Part shown: positions 38,957 to 49,418 of the stretch, piece by piece
How the letters are laid out: every line of letters begins with the position of its first letter
How positions within the stretch are numbered: the stretch's first letter is position 1
Source: Candidatus Bathyarchaeota archaeon
GTDB taxonomy: Archaea > Thermoproteota > Bathyarchaeia > Bathyarchaeales > Bathycorpusculaceae
NCBI GenBank assembly: GCA_963707955.1
Contig: OY970176.1
Span: 1,504,001 to 1,568,000, forward strand
DNA length: 64,000 nucleotides
Reading direction: 5' to 3'
Program-made: the position numbers and the translations under genes
Notes under the pieces: generated by a model
Seen by the model: only the letters and a program-made list of their open reading frames with translations
Told to the model about the DNA's origin: nothing
The model's database searches: none

Positions 38957-39637
38957 ATGGCAAAATTAAGTATGGACGATGTCTTTAAAGCCTTGGCGAA
39001 GCCGCTTCCTGACTTCGAAATAAAGCCTGGGAAGACAGCGTTACTCCTGATAGATATTCAAAACCTCGTGAGCTCAAAACCACTGCTTCAAGAAGCCCTG
39101 GCCGCAGGGCTGGCTGAAAGAGAAATGCGAGAAGTTTTGCGAGAATATGATGAAAGGGTCAAAAAAGCGGTGAAAAACGCCCGTAGGATACTGCAAGTCT
39201 GCAGGAAGAAAGGCTACGACATAGTGCACATTAAGCTAGGGGCACAGACCAGCAACCCCAGACATACAGCCAAGATAAACAGAAAAGCTGACTTCATCGT
39301 GCCTATGGACGCGGAAAAAGCTGGATTCTTGGACGAAGTGAAACCAGCAAAAGGAGAGTTGATTTTCCCAAAGACAAACGGGGGAGCGTTTACGGGGACC
39401 AATCTGGACTTCGTTCTGAGGAACATGGACATTGACAGTATCATCGTAACGGGATTCCTAACTGATCAATGCGTTCTCGCAACGGCAATCTCCGGCGGAG
39501 ACATAGGGTACGACGTTCTCTTAGTTGAGGATGCATGCACCGGAACCACAAAAGAGAATCACGATGCGGTAGTGAGACTCGCAAGGGACGTGTTCTTGAA
39601 AGTCAAAACAACTGCGGAACTAATGCGAATTCTCTAA
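38957..39637 (+). CDS. Isochorismatase-family cysteine hydrolase
   Basis: TALLLIDIQN, K...AF.GT.L, TGFLTDQCV, EDAC. Confidence 0.9.
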   Translation: MAKLSMDDVFKALAKPLPDFEIKPGKTALLLIDIQNLVSSKPLLQEALAAGLAEREMREVLREYDERVKKAVKNARRILQVCRKKGYDIVHIKLGAQTSNPRHTAKINRKADFIVPMDAEKAGFLDEVKPAKGELIFPKTNGGAFTGTNLDFVLRNMDIDSIIVTGFLTDQCVLATAISGGDIGYDVLLVEDACTGTTKENHDAVVRLARDVFLKVKTTAELMRIL

Positions 39638-39689
39638 CAAGAAATGTTTCCGGGTTTCTGCACCTGACTCCAGATTAATTGGTGCATCC

Positions 39690-39861
39690 AAAAAGGGGAG
39701 TTGTGCTCGGATGCTTAATGTGGCATGAATACTCCGTCGATCACGAGCCAGGCTAGGAGTGTCTGAGCTATGAAACTGAGGATTGTCTCTTTCGCCGTAC
39801 AGGTAGTCTTCCAGCGTCCGACGCCTTTGTACTGCAGAACCATATTAACTACGAAGACCAT
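39690..39861 (-). pseudogene. Decayed 3' fragment of a second heliorhodopsin gene
   Basis: Minus strand aligns with 23974-24151 (MVF.VNMVLQYKG.GRW, YLYGER, LSFIAQTLLAWLV..GVFMPH* and the downstream caactcccctttt), with indels. Confidence 0.85.
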
Positions 39862-39960
39862 TAAGAGCGCGAGCTATGCTTTTGCTGACCTCTGCCAAGA
39901 AAATGACGGCTGAAAAAAGAAGAGAGGGCTTACGGGAGACATCGCTCCGCTGATGCATTT

Positions 39961-40923
39961 TTAAATCTGGTCCGCTCCGCCGAGGAAACCCGTCGCGCGT
40001 GTGGTTTCCTGAGGCACGTTACTTGGAATATGATCTTTTCTGCTTCCTCTCTCAGTGTACAGCAAGAATGCAACGATTATTCCTAGCAGTATCATGAATG
40101 CTCTCAGACCTAAGCCGACACTCGTAGAAGTTGCCACGCCGACGAATGCTGTCGCATCGTACGCTCCGTGGATCAAAGCAATTGCAAACAGATTACCGCC
40201 TGAGAGATAATACGTTCCCGCCATAGCCATCCCGAAAGTAACAATCTCGGTAAATTGAATCAACGAAGCTGGCCCATACGTAACAGCATAGTAGAGATGC
40301 GCGGCACTGAACAGAAGAGAGGAAACGAAGGCGAGGATCAACCAGTTGCGATTCTTGAAAATGTCCAGTAATCCCCCGAACACAAAACCTCTGAAGATAT
40401 ACTCTTCAGCTGGCCCCGTCACGAGAAGGGAGACGCCCACCATGATCCAGGCAAAATTGGGAGAAACGTTCAGCACAGGATTCGGTTTATTTAGCAGATT
40501 TACGGTGGAAGGGTTAAGCGCAAGCAAGATAACAAGAATCACTACACCCAAAACTATTCCCAAGACTGTGAAAACCCCGAATAGCCCTAAACCCAGCTTT
40601 AACCCTGAATAAGTGTTTTTGAAGAATTTTCTGATTATCCCTGTTCCCCAAAGCAAGGTAATAGCCAGTATCGGCACTCCGTAAACAAGTAGAGTCCCAG
40701 CAATCGCCCCGAGAATCGCTCCGAGATGCACCCCCAAGTATTGAAGCAGATATTGAGAGTACACAGCCACGAACACAATGATGAGCCCGAGAACGTAAGA
40801 CCTTTTTCCCTTAGGCTCACGTTTGCCGTTGCTGCCTATGCTTTCCGAAAGTCGGCTTTGGTCAATTTCGTCTGATGTTTTCATGGGACCATCGGTGTTT
40901 TCTATTTTAGGCATATTCAGCAA
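39961..40923 (-). CDS. CPBP/CAAX (Abi) intramembrane metalloprotease
   Basis: AEEYIFRG, FSAAH, IHGAYD. Confidence 0.9.
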   Translation of the reverse strand: MLNMPKIENTDGPMKTSDEIDQSRLSESIGSNGKREPKGKRSYVLGLIIVFVAVYSQYLLQYLGVHLGAILGAIAGTLLVYGVPILAITLLWGTGIIRKFFKNTYSGLKLGLGLFGVFTVLGIVLGVVILVILLALNPSTVNLLNKPNPVLNVSPNFAWIMVGVSLLVTGPAEEYIFRGFVFGGLLDIFKNRNWLILAFVSSLLFSAAHLYYAVTYGPASLIQFTEIVTFGMAMAGTYYLSGGNLFAIALIHGAYDATAFVGVATSTSVGLGLRAFMILLGIIVAFLLYTERGSRKDHIPSNVPQETTRATGFLGGADQI

Positions 40924-40957
40924 CCCTTGTGCTTGCTGAGATCGGTTTAATCTTGTC

Positions 40958-42256
40958 TTATTCGTACCTTAGGGCTTCTACTGGTTTAAGCTTTGAAGCA
41001 CGCCAAGCCGGGTAAAGCGCAAAGATTGCGCTGACCCCTACGCCGAAGACTAATGCGAGTATAGTTACCGTCAGAGTTAAAAGAGGGGTTATCGTCATTC
41101 CACCCGTGTTCGCAGCTCTATTTCCTCCGAATACGCCGCCTCCTCCGCGAAAGACTAATGCAACCACGTTTGCCAGAACCCAACCTGAGCCTATGCCAAT
41201 CGCTGCGCCGATCAAACCAATTATCACCGATTCGCATAAGAAAATCAAAAGCACCGTCTGACCTCTCATGCCCAACGCTTTCAGTATACCTATCTCTCTC
41301 GTGCGCTCCATCAAAGACACGATCATGATGTTCATTATGCCTATCCCTGCGACTAGAAGCGAGATGGCGGCGATTCCACCTAGGAAGAGTTGTATCACGG
41401 AGAAAACATTAGAAAGAATGCTAAGCACCGCTGTTGCAGAGGTTACCGAGACCTCGTTGCTGAAAGCCGCCTGTATGGCTTGAGTAGCATTGTCAATCGT
41501 TGCCTGATCATCGTTTGTCAATTTCACGATTATCGAATTACATTCCTCGGTTCCAAAGAAGCTTTGAGCTTGAGAAATTGGAATGTAAACATCATAATCA
41601 GAAGGCCCGATGATGCCGAAGCCTCCGATCTCTTTAAGAACAGCCGTGACCTTCCCAGGATAAGTCTCATTTATCGGCGGAATCGTTGTTGCGTTAGTCC
41701 AACTCATTTCAACCGTGTCATTCACAGTGCAGAACAAGGTGTCATTGTTCCAGGGGGCACTTACTCGTTTTCCAACCACGATCATTTCGTTTTCTGGATT
41801 CGTTGGGATGGTTCCATTTTCGGCTACAAAAGTGCTGCTGTATATACTTGCATATTCAGCGAAATCCACACCTACTATGGTAACATTCTGAACTGTTTGA
41901 TTGAACTCAACGACGCCTACCCTTTGAATTATCGCCATTGACGTCTCGACATTTGTTATATTGTCAATAATCTGCGTATAGTTGACTAGCAGTTTGAAGC
42001 CTGAATTCGCGCCCGTCCCGCCTTGGGCCCCGGCACCGAAGTTTCCAACGCCTCCTCCAGTTGAGACAATTAGCGTGTCGGTGGCGAATCCTGTTTTGAG
42101 CTGACCAGTTATAGCGGCCTGCAGACCCTGAGTAATTGAGAGCAGAGCAACGATGGCTGCAATGCCGATGACCACTCCTAAGGTGGTCAAACCAGCTCGA
42201 AGCTTTCTCAGTTTGATCGCGCTGAAAGAATAAGACAACACGTCTTGGGCTTTCAT
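40958..42256 (-). CDS. ABC transporter permease (MacB/FtsX-like)
   Basis: R..LTTLGVVIGIAA, GIMNIM.VS..ERTREIGILKALG, PAWRASKL.PVEALRYE. Confidence 0.93.
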   Translation of the reverse strand: MKAQDVLSYSFSAIKLRKLRAGLTTLGVVIGIAAIVALLSITQGLQAAITGQLKTGFATDTLIVSTGGGVGNFGAGAQGGTGANSGFKLLVNYTQIIDNITNVETSMAIIQRVGVVEFNQTVQNVTIVGVDFAEYASIYSSTFVAENGTIPTNPENEMIVVGKRVSAPWNNDTLFCTVNDTVEMSWTNATTIPPINETYPGKVTAVLKEIGGFGIIGPSDYDVYIPISQAQSFFGTEECNSIIVKLTNDDQATIDNATQAIQAAFSNEVSVTSATAVLSILSNVFSVIQLFLGGIAAISLLVAGIGIMNIMIVSLMERTREIGILKALGMRGQTVLLIFLCESVIIGLIGAAIGIGSGWVLANVVALVFRGGGGVFGGNRAANTGGMTITPLLTLTVTILALVFGVGVSAIFALYPAWRASKLKPVEALRYE

Positions 42257-42257
42257 G

Positions 42258-42968
42258 TCAATTCACGACCTCTTGAACTATCAAGCCATCGAACATCTGC
42301 ACAATTCTCTTCGCTTGGCCTGCCAGACGTTGGTCGTGAGTGACCATTATTATGGTCACGGCTTTCTCTTCGTTGAGTCTCTTGATCAGACTGATTATTT
42401 CGCTGGCAGCTTTTGAATCTATGTTCCCTGTGGGCTCGTCCATCAGAAGAAACTTGGGATTGTTCGACAGAGCCCTGGCGATGGCTACGCGTTGTTGTTC
42501 GCCGCCGCTCAGTTCGGTTGGCCTGTGATTCATTCTTTCCTTGAGTCCAACTGTTTCCAGAAGATCCTCAGCGTGCTTTCTTCTTTCTGCTTTGCCCAGA
42601 CCTGCGATGGCCATTGACAAAGCGACATTTTCTCTTGCTGTGAACCGTGGGATCAAGTTGAAAAACTGAAACACGAAGCCTATTCGGCGTCTAAGATCTG
42701 CTAACTGGCCGTCATTGAGCGTGGAAACGTCCACGCCCTCGATCAGCAATTTGCCTTCTGTTGGTTTGTCCAAGGCTCCGATCAGATTTAGCAGCGTTGA
42801 TTTCCCGCTTCCGGAGGGTCCCAGAACGGCGAGGAAATCGCCGCTCTCAACCTTCAGGTTCACGCCATCCAAGGCGTTGACTGGAACCCTTCCAAGCATG
42901 TAAGTTTTCTTCAGGTTGACTGCTTCAACTATCGTCGTCGCAGGTGTTGTCTCCGTGTCCTCGTCCAT
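42258..42968 (-). CDS. ABC transporter ATP-binding protein (LolD/MacB-like)
   Basis: [24 protein letters not shown]. Confidence 0.95.
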   Translation of the reverse strand: MDEDTETTPATTIVEAVNLKKTYMLGRVPVNALDGVNLKVESGDFLAVLGPSGSGKSTLLNLIGALDKPTEGKLLIEGVDVSTLNDGQLADLRRRIGFVFQFFNLIPRFTARENVALSMAIAGLGKAERRKHAEDLLETVGLKERMNHRPTELSGGEQQRVAIARALSNNPKFLLMDEPTGNIDSKAASEIISLIKRLNEEKAVTIIMVTHDQRLAGQAKRIVQMFDGLIVQEVVN

Positions 42969-42974
42969 CCTTGG

Positions 42975-43946
42975 CTACTTGCTGAGATATTTCCATGATA
43001 GAGCTATGCCTATCGTTGCGACTACGATTGCAAAGATTCCAACGTACAAGAAGTCCAATCCAACTTGCCCGAAGTTAGTTGTGTCGTATATCATAAGCTG
43101 TCTAACTGCATCTGTAGTGTACGTCATCGGGTTGACCGATGCCACTGTTTGAAGCCAAGGAGGCATGATGCTCGTCGGGAAGAAGGCGTTGCTTGCAAAC
43201 ATCAGCGGCAGCGTTATCAGGTTCATGACGGCCATTGGAGTCTCTATTCTTGTTGACCTTATCGTGATCGCGATGAACATTGAAGACAAACCTACGCATA
43301 TTAGGAACAGGATCGCGAACACGCCCAGTATGAACACTGGGTTGAAGCTAGCCCCAAACTCGAGACCGAATGCAAGGGCGATGAGTATTATTATGCCTGC
43401 CTGAAACATTGACCGCAGAGTTGCAGAAAGAACTTTGGAGAACACTATCACCGCTCTGGATACAGGCGTGCTCAGAGCCTTGTTTAAGAAGCCCAAGCGT
43501 CTGTCCCAGACGACGGACATGCCGCTGAACGCCGTCGTAAAGAGCGCTGTGAAGGCAATCATACCTACGGCCATGAAGGAGAAATAGCTAGTCGTATTGA
43601 AAGTGTTGAGCAGAACAGCATTGCCTATTCCTGAAAAAACGCTGCTAATCCCGTTTGAGTTTGCCAGGAAACCTGGAATGTTCGCTGCGGGCATACCGTA
43701 ATATTTCAGAACATTCGCGAAGTTGGTGCCTATACTCGGCTGTGACATTATTGATTGCGTGAACGATGAGCCTCCGAATAACGCGCCAATGTTCATAGCT
43801 TTTCCTAGGAGACCCATCCAGATAATTGGCTGAATTATGGAAAGCGTGAATATTACGGGGGCTTTGTACCATTTCTTGAGTTCTCTGTTGGTTAAGGCCC
43901 AAAGGCCGTGTAATTTGTTTTTGGAATTGCCGTTGTTTTCGCTCAT
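42975..43946 (-). CDS. ABC-2 type permease
   Basis: DRRLGFL, PVSR, F.SNAFFP...MP.WLQ..A..NP.TY. Confidence 0.92.
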   Translation of the reverse strand: MSENNGNSKNKLHGLWALTNRELKKWYKAPVIFTLSIIQPIIWMGLLGKAMNIGALFGGSSFTQSIMSQPSIGTNFANVLKYYGMPAANIPGFLANSNGISSVFSGIGNAVLLNTFNTTSYFSFMAVGMIAFTALFTTAFSGMSVVWDRRLGFLNKALSTPVSRAVIVFSKVLSATLRSMFQAGIIILIALAFGLEFGASFNPVFILGVFAILFLICVGLSSMFIAITIRSTRIETPMAVMNLITLPLMFASNAFFPTSIMPPWLQTVASVNPMTYTTDAVRQLMIYDTTNFGQVGLDFLYVGIFAIVVATIGIALSWKYLSK

Positions 43947-44944
43947 TGCCGGGCCCTCCTCATTGTCATTCTTTGCGCAGCAAAAGCTTCCCGGGACTCC
44001 TCTGCATCACGTAACGATTTCCCTGTGTATTCCAAGTAGACTTCATTCAATGTGGGTTCTGTTAGCGAAAGTTTCGCTACTGTGTACCCTTTCTTCCGTA
44101 GGGTTTCAATAATGGAGGGAGCTGTTACTTCTCCATACTCTGCTTTGATTCGATATGTGCCATTTTCCTTCTTGACATCTTTGACATTCTCAACTTTACT
44201 AATGAGCTCGCTCACGTCAGCATCTTCTTTGATGCCTATGGTTATGATGTCGCCGCCTAGGCTGTGTTTTAGATCTTCAGGCGTGCCGACGACGACTATT
44301 TTTCCATGGTCAATTATTGCGACGCGGTCGCAGAGCGTATCAGCTTCTTCAAGATAGTGTGTAGTCATGAAAAGTGTCATGCCATATTCCTTTTTCAGTT
44401 TTCTGATATAGTTCCAAGTAGCAGTCCTCGTTTGAACATCTAAGCCCAGAGTGGGCTCGTCTAGGAAGAGTATTTTTGGCCTGTTGATTAATCCACATGC
44501 AAGTTCGAGTCTGCGGCGCATTCCACCGGAAAAGGTCTGAACTTGCTTGTCCTTGAAATCGGTTAGCTCAATGAGCTTCAGCAGATCCAACGCGCGCTCC
44601 TTTGCGATTTTCCGTGGAATGCCGTACATGTCAGCGCATAAGAGAATGTTCTCTAGGCCGGTCAGGTCTTCATCTGCCGTGTATTCTTGGGGCACGACGC
44701 CGATCACGTTTCTAACGTCATTGTTTTGCTTTAGAATATCGAAACCCAAGACAGTGGCTTTTCCTTCTGTGGGCTTCAAAATGGTTATCAACATGTTGAT
44801 CGTCGTGGTCTTTCCAGCGCCGTTAGGTCCTAGGAAACCGTATATTTCTCCTCTTTTGATCTCGAAGTTCACGTGGTCAACGGCTACCAGCTGATGATTA
44901 AAGACCTTGGTTAGTCCTTCAGCCTTAATGATGTCTTCACTCAT
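43943..44944 (-). CDS. ABC transporter ATP-binding protein (DrrA-like)
   Basis: GPNGAGKTT, FSGGMRRRL, DEPT.GLD, TTHYLEEAD. Confidence 0.95.
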   Translation of the reverse strand: MSEDIIKAEGLTKVFNHQLVAVDHVNFEIKRGEIYGFLGPNGAGKTTTINMLITILKPTEGKATVLGFDILKQNNDVRNVIGVVPQEYTADEDLTGLENILLCADMYGIPRKIAKERALDLLKLIELTDFKDKQVQTFSGGMRRRLELACGLINRPKILFLDEPTLGLDVQTRTATWNYIRKLKKEYGMTLFMTTHYLEEADTLCDRVAIIDHGKIVVVGTPEDLKHSLGGDIITIGIKEDADVSELISKVENVKDVKKENGTYRIKAEYGEVTAPSIIETLRKKGYTVAKLSLTEPTLNEVYLEYTGKSLRDAEESREAFAAQRMTMRRARQ

Positions 44945-45530
44945 CTCTCTCACCCTTCAATTTCTGATTTATCTCCTCAAGCTTTTCAGCTGTGCTATTT
45001 AAGAGTTTCAACGCTTCATCAAAGGCTTCATTAGACACGTGCTCATCCAAACTGCGTCCCAACTCGAAGAAAGCAGCCACAAGCTTGTGCATCGTCTTTC
45101 TTGCCTCAACTAGCTTTTCCTCAGGCAAACCCGAGAGAAACGCGCCTATGAAAGGGGGGCCGAAGAACCTTTCTCTCCTGAATCCCACGTGGTTCTTGGT
45201 ATACTCTTTCATCTTTTTCCTTTGCTCTGCCATTATCTTCTTCTGCTCCGCAAGCAGAGTCCTGCCGCTTTTAGTCAGCTCGTATCTTTTCATCCCACTC
45301 TGTTCAACGGGCAACTCTTTGACGTGGCCATTATCCTGCAGCCAAGCCAAGAGCGGATAAATTGAGCCTGGGCTTGGCTTCCATCGACCGTTTGTCCTGC
45401 TTTCTATTTCATCTATTATTTCGGAACCAGACATGGGCTTCTCACCTAAAGATTCAAGAACCTGATAACGTATGAAGCCCTTCGGAACCATTGCCGTGTG
45501 TCTCATCCAATGTTTGCGAAATTCATGCAT
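44937..45530 (-). CDS. PadR-family transcriptional regulator
   Basis: WKPSPGSIYPLL, KRYELT..G. Confidence 0.9.
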   Translation of the reverse strand: MHEFRKHWMRHTAMVPKGFIRYQVLESLGEKPMSGSEIIDEIESRTNGRWKPSPGSIYPLLAWLQDNGHVKELPVEQSGMKRYELTKSGRTLLAEQKKIMAEQRKKMKEYTKNHVGFRRERFFGPPFIGAFLSGLPEEKLVEARKTMHKLVAAFFELGRSLDEHVSNEAFDEALKLLNSTAEKLEEINQKLKGERDE

Positions 45531-45533
45531 AGC

Positions 45534-45578
45534 ATATCACCATTGAGCTCACCCGTGATATCAAAAGTGATATTTAAA
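45534..45578. promoter_or_regulatory. Putative PadR operator next to a TATA box
   Basis: ATATCAC-N14-GTGATAT and ATATCA-N4-TGATAT inverted repeats abutting TTTAAA. Confidence 0.5.
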
Positions 45579-45736
45579 CATAATGGGTCAAAACATGGAG
45601 TCTCAAATGATTTGATCTTAAGCCACTCATAATTACACGAACCGGGAACCTGAACTATGCGTATTAATCTTGGTAATTCCTCACACCCGGAAAGTGTAAT
45701 AGGAAAGCGAGAAGTCATTGGCTGTGAGGTCCTCGA

Positions 45737-46189
45737 ATGCCATATGAAGCTGTGTGTTTGGAAAGAAAGCTGGTCATTCCAGAAGCCAAGGTCGACGATG
45801 TGGCTTTGGCCTGCCTAAAAGCCTTCAAAGAAATGGGCTTAAAGGTCATGAATGAAGAAAAAACTAAAGAGGGCAGCACAACCGTGCTGGCCGCGGAAGG
45901 CGCGCTGGTGCCGTTAACACTGAGAACCCTGCTGTATCCGTTCAGTCTGCAACAGTACATCAAAGCGGCGCAGAGATCAGGCGTGCACGTGGTGATCTCG
46001 CCATCAGAAGAAGGGGTCATTATATACTCGTGCGGGCTCGCACTCGACGAACTGACCGGAAAACCAGCTGAATACACCTCTGACGAGGATGTGGAAGAGA
46101 TTACTGACACTATGGAAGCCCTTGACTTTGAAAACAAGTTCATAATGAAAATAAAGGCAACCTTTCCAAAAACAAGAGAGATAGAATAG
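45737..46189 (+). CDS. Hypothetical protein
   Basis: 150-aa ORF filling the gap, protein-like composition. Confidence 0.65.
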   Translation: MPYEAVCLERKLVIPEAKVDDVALACLKAFKEMGLKVMNEEKTKEGSTTVLAAEGALVPLTLRTLLYPFSLQQYIKAAQRSGVHVVISPSEEGVIIYSCGLALDELTGKPAEYTSDEDVEEITDTMEALDFENKFIMKIKATFPKTREIE

Positions 46190-46287
46190 CCAGCGCGCGC
46201 GGAAGAAAACGTAGAATGCTTAGGAACAATTTCGAGACCGAGATGCGGGTTAACAACGTAAGCGCGCGCGATTCTTTATTTCTGCGG

Positions 46288-48704
46288 TTAGCCCTCCGTT
46301 TTCTTCCTTTCTTCCGTGAAATACTGTGGAAATTCTCTGAGTTTTTCGGCCATTTCTCCAAGTCGTTTATCCACTTTGTAGTTAACGGTTCCTTTCTCGA
46401 AGATCCGTCTTCTTGCCTTTGGCCGGTTTTGACCCCTGTTAGAATTTCTATTCCTTCATCAATGGTCTTAACGGGGTATACGTGGAATTTCCCCTGTTGA
46501 GCTGCTTGCACTACTTCCTCTTTCAGCATCAGGTTCTGAACGTTGCTCTCCGGTATCATCACTCCCTGTTTGCCAGTGAATCCTTTGGCCTTGCAGACTT
46601 CGAAGAAGCCTTCGATTTTTTCGTTCACGCCGCCGATGGCTTGAACCTCGCCCTTCTGGTTCACTGAGCCAGTGACAGCAATGTTTTGCTTTATAGGCAA
46701 GTCAGACAGGGCGGACAGGATAGCGTAGAGTTCGGTGCTTGAGGCGCTGTCACCCTCGACTCCTTCATAGTTCTGTTCAAAAACAAGACGGGCTGAGAGA
46801 CTGAGAGGCTTGTCCTGCGCGTATTTCTCATTGAGGTAGCCGCTTAGAATAAGGACCCCTTTTGTGTGGATCGGTCCTCCCATCTTGGCCTCCCTTTCAA
46901 TGTCCATCACGCCTTCTCGACCCAGACCCACGCTGGTCGTTACTCGCGAAGGAGTGCCAAAGTCGAAGTCACCCAACCCAATCACGGAAAGGCCGTTGAC
47001 TTGACCCACATTCTCTGCGTCTGTATCGATGAGGAGGAACCCTCTCTTGATCATCTCTTGAATCTTCTCTTCGATGAGTTTTGAACGGTAAACCTTCTCT
47101 TCGATAGCTTTTTTCACGTGAGTTCCAGTCAAGAAATCCGAGTTATCTTGTGTCGCATAGAAGTTGGCTTCGCGAATGATGTCGGCAACCTCAGCAAACC
47201 TGGTGGAGAGTTTTTGCTGGTCTTCAGCCAGTCTTGAGCTGTGTTCGACCAATTTGGCCAGGGCTGAGCCGTCGAGGTGTTTCAGATTCTCCTTCTGGCA
47301 TAGCGTGCAGACAAAGGCTGCGTATTGCTGTATGTTCTCTTCTGTCCGATCCATCGCCGTATCAAAGTCTGCCTTAACCTTGAAGAGCTGGTTAAACTCC
47401 ATGTCCAAGATGTACAATTCCTGGTAAAGGTAAGGGTCTCCAATGAGAATCACCTTGATATCCAAGGAAATAGGCTCAGGTTTCAAGCTCTTAGTGCTGA
47501 TGAAACCCAGACGCTCTTCCACCTCTTCGATGACAATATGCTCGTTCTTGAGCGCTCTTTTCAAGCCGTCATATGAAAAAGGGTTGCGCAATAACTCTTC
47601 AACTGGAAGAATCAGATAGCCGCCATTGGCCTTGTGTAAAGAACCCCCACGGATCATGGTAAAGTCCGTCACAAGCGCTCCAAACTGAGCCTCCTTTTCC
47701 ACTCGACCAAAAAGGTTCTGATAAGTGGGGTTAGATTCCATGACTACAGGAGCTCCCTTGACATCCGAGTTATCAACGAGAACGTTTACCTCGTACTTTC
47801 TGAATGGAGTCTCTCTCATCCAAGGAACTGGGAAAGGAGTCTGTGGTTGCTCTTCCGGCCCTTTTATGAACCGGGATAGGTTATCGAGGATGTCATTCTG
47901 CACGCTTTCTACATGAGTGACGACATCAGGGAAATCCTTGAATTCTTCTTTCAAATCAGTCACTACGTGCCCGATGGCGAAAAGGGCAACCTCACGATTT
48001 AATTTTTTGAGCTCTGCGTCGGCTTTCCCCTCTAATTCTCTGAGTTGTCTCATAGCATTCAGGAATTGCTCGCTCAGCTGATCTCTCTTCTTCTCGATTC
48101 CATCTCGAGTTTTCTGGTCCAATTTCATGAATTCTTCGTCATTCACAGGTTTTCCTTTGATTACTGGAATCATGAGCCAACCCACAGGTGACGCTTGCAG
48201 AATGAAACCCTCCTCTTGGGCCCGTTTCGTAAGCTGTCCGATGAGTTTCTGCCTTTCCTCCTCAACAGCCTTAACAGTATTCGCTCTTCTTACGCCGTAA
48301 TCCTCGCTTTCAAAGGATTTTGGCAGAACTCTCAATGCTTCATTAATGAAAGTGGCCATATCGTCTCGAAAGTGTCTCCCTTTGCCCGGAGGGAGCCTTA
48401 TGGCTTTAGGCTCGTACGGGTTGCGAAAGTTGTACACGTAACAGCAGTCTGAGGGCACCGGCTTGGTTCGAGCCGTTTCTTCCAAGAAGTTTCTAACAGC
48501 CGTTTTCCTCCCTGTTCCGGGGAAGCCCGCAACATAGATGTTAAATCCGCGTTCCCTGATGCCTAACCCGAACTTTAGCGCTTTGACAGCCCTTTCCTGG
48601 CCAATAATCTCTTGAAGGGGGACTAGCTCCTGCGTGGTCTCACAGTGCAAAAGTTTAGGGTCGCATTCTCTTCTCAGCCTTTCTGCAGACAGCTCGTTTA
48701 CCAT
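46288..48704 (-). CDS. Lon-family (LonC/LonB-like, S16) protease, with an apparent 1-nt deletion near 46400
   Basis: IIGQERA, GSLHKANGGYL, EGDSASS (catalytic Ser), GGVNEKIEGF; a corrected frame gives DG.FEKGTVN...EG* ending at 46288. Confidence 0.92.
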
Positions 48705-48809
48705 ATCATGCATCCTCCTCAGTGTGGAATGATTTTCGTATATTACGGAACGCAATATATCGAAGTAAAATATAAATATTCCGATTACATCCAGTAAGGC
48801 TGAAAGACG

Positions 48810-49418
48810 ATGATTTCAGAAGAAGAAAAAACGGCTGCACATTGGCTTAAGGAAACCCAGAAGGGCTACATCCGAATTGCGGTTCTGATTCTTCTAAGCA
48901 AGAAGCCATATCATGGCTACGAAATAATGAGAGAGATTAAGGAGAGGACTGGGGGCTTCTGGAGACCGACGGCTGGCGGCATCTATCCCATACTTCAAAA
49001 CTTGGAAAAGTGCGGGTACGTAGAGGGAGAATGGGATGTTCAAAAAAAGAGAAGACGAAAAACATACAAGGTCACGGGGACGGGCGAGTTGGTTCTTCAT
49101 CGAGCCCTTGGCAAAGAAAGTCAGATCGCCAACAGCATGAGCGACTTGTTCAGAGAGTTTATGAAGGACGTGTTGGACGTAAGAATGAACCCGATTCCAG
49201 TGCCGAGGATACCGAACTTTTTCTCAGTTTTTCTCGAAGAGAGGAAGAGAAAACCTGAAGATACAACCAGCGTTTTAGAGGGCAAGCGAGCGCAGATTGA
49301 AGATATGATAAAGGAACTGCAAAAAGAGCTTAGGGCAATCAACAGAAGACTGACGCAGCTAAAGGAGCCAAAGAGACCAGAAACATACAGCAAGGCTAGT
49401 CCTGGAAGGAGGCGGTGA
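48810..49418 (+). CDS. PadR-family transcriptional regulator
   Basis: P.HGYEI, WRPTAGGIYPIL, RKTYKVT..G. Confidence 0.9.
   Translation: MISEEEKTAAHWLKETQKGYIRIAVLILLSKKPYHGYEIMREIKERTGGFWRPTAGGIYPILQNLEKCGYVEGEWDVQKKRRRKTYKVTGTGELVLHRALGKESQIANSMSDLFREFMKDVLDVRMNPIPVPRIPNFFSVFLEERKRKPEDTTSVLEGKRAQIEDMIKELQKELRAINRRLTQLKEPKRPETYSKASPGRRR

Noticed and set aside
46140-46400. Extended basic/hydrophobic Lon C-terminus as shown in the ORF track
   Set aside because: Frameshift artefact; the alternative frame gives a typical ending at 46288.
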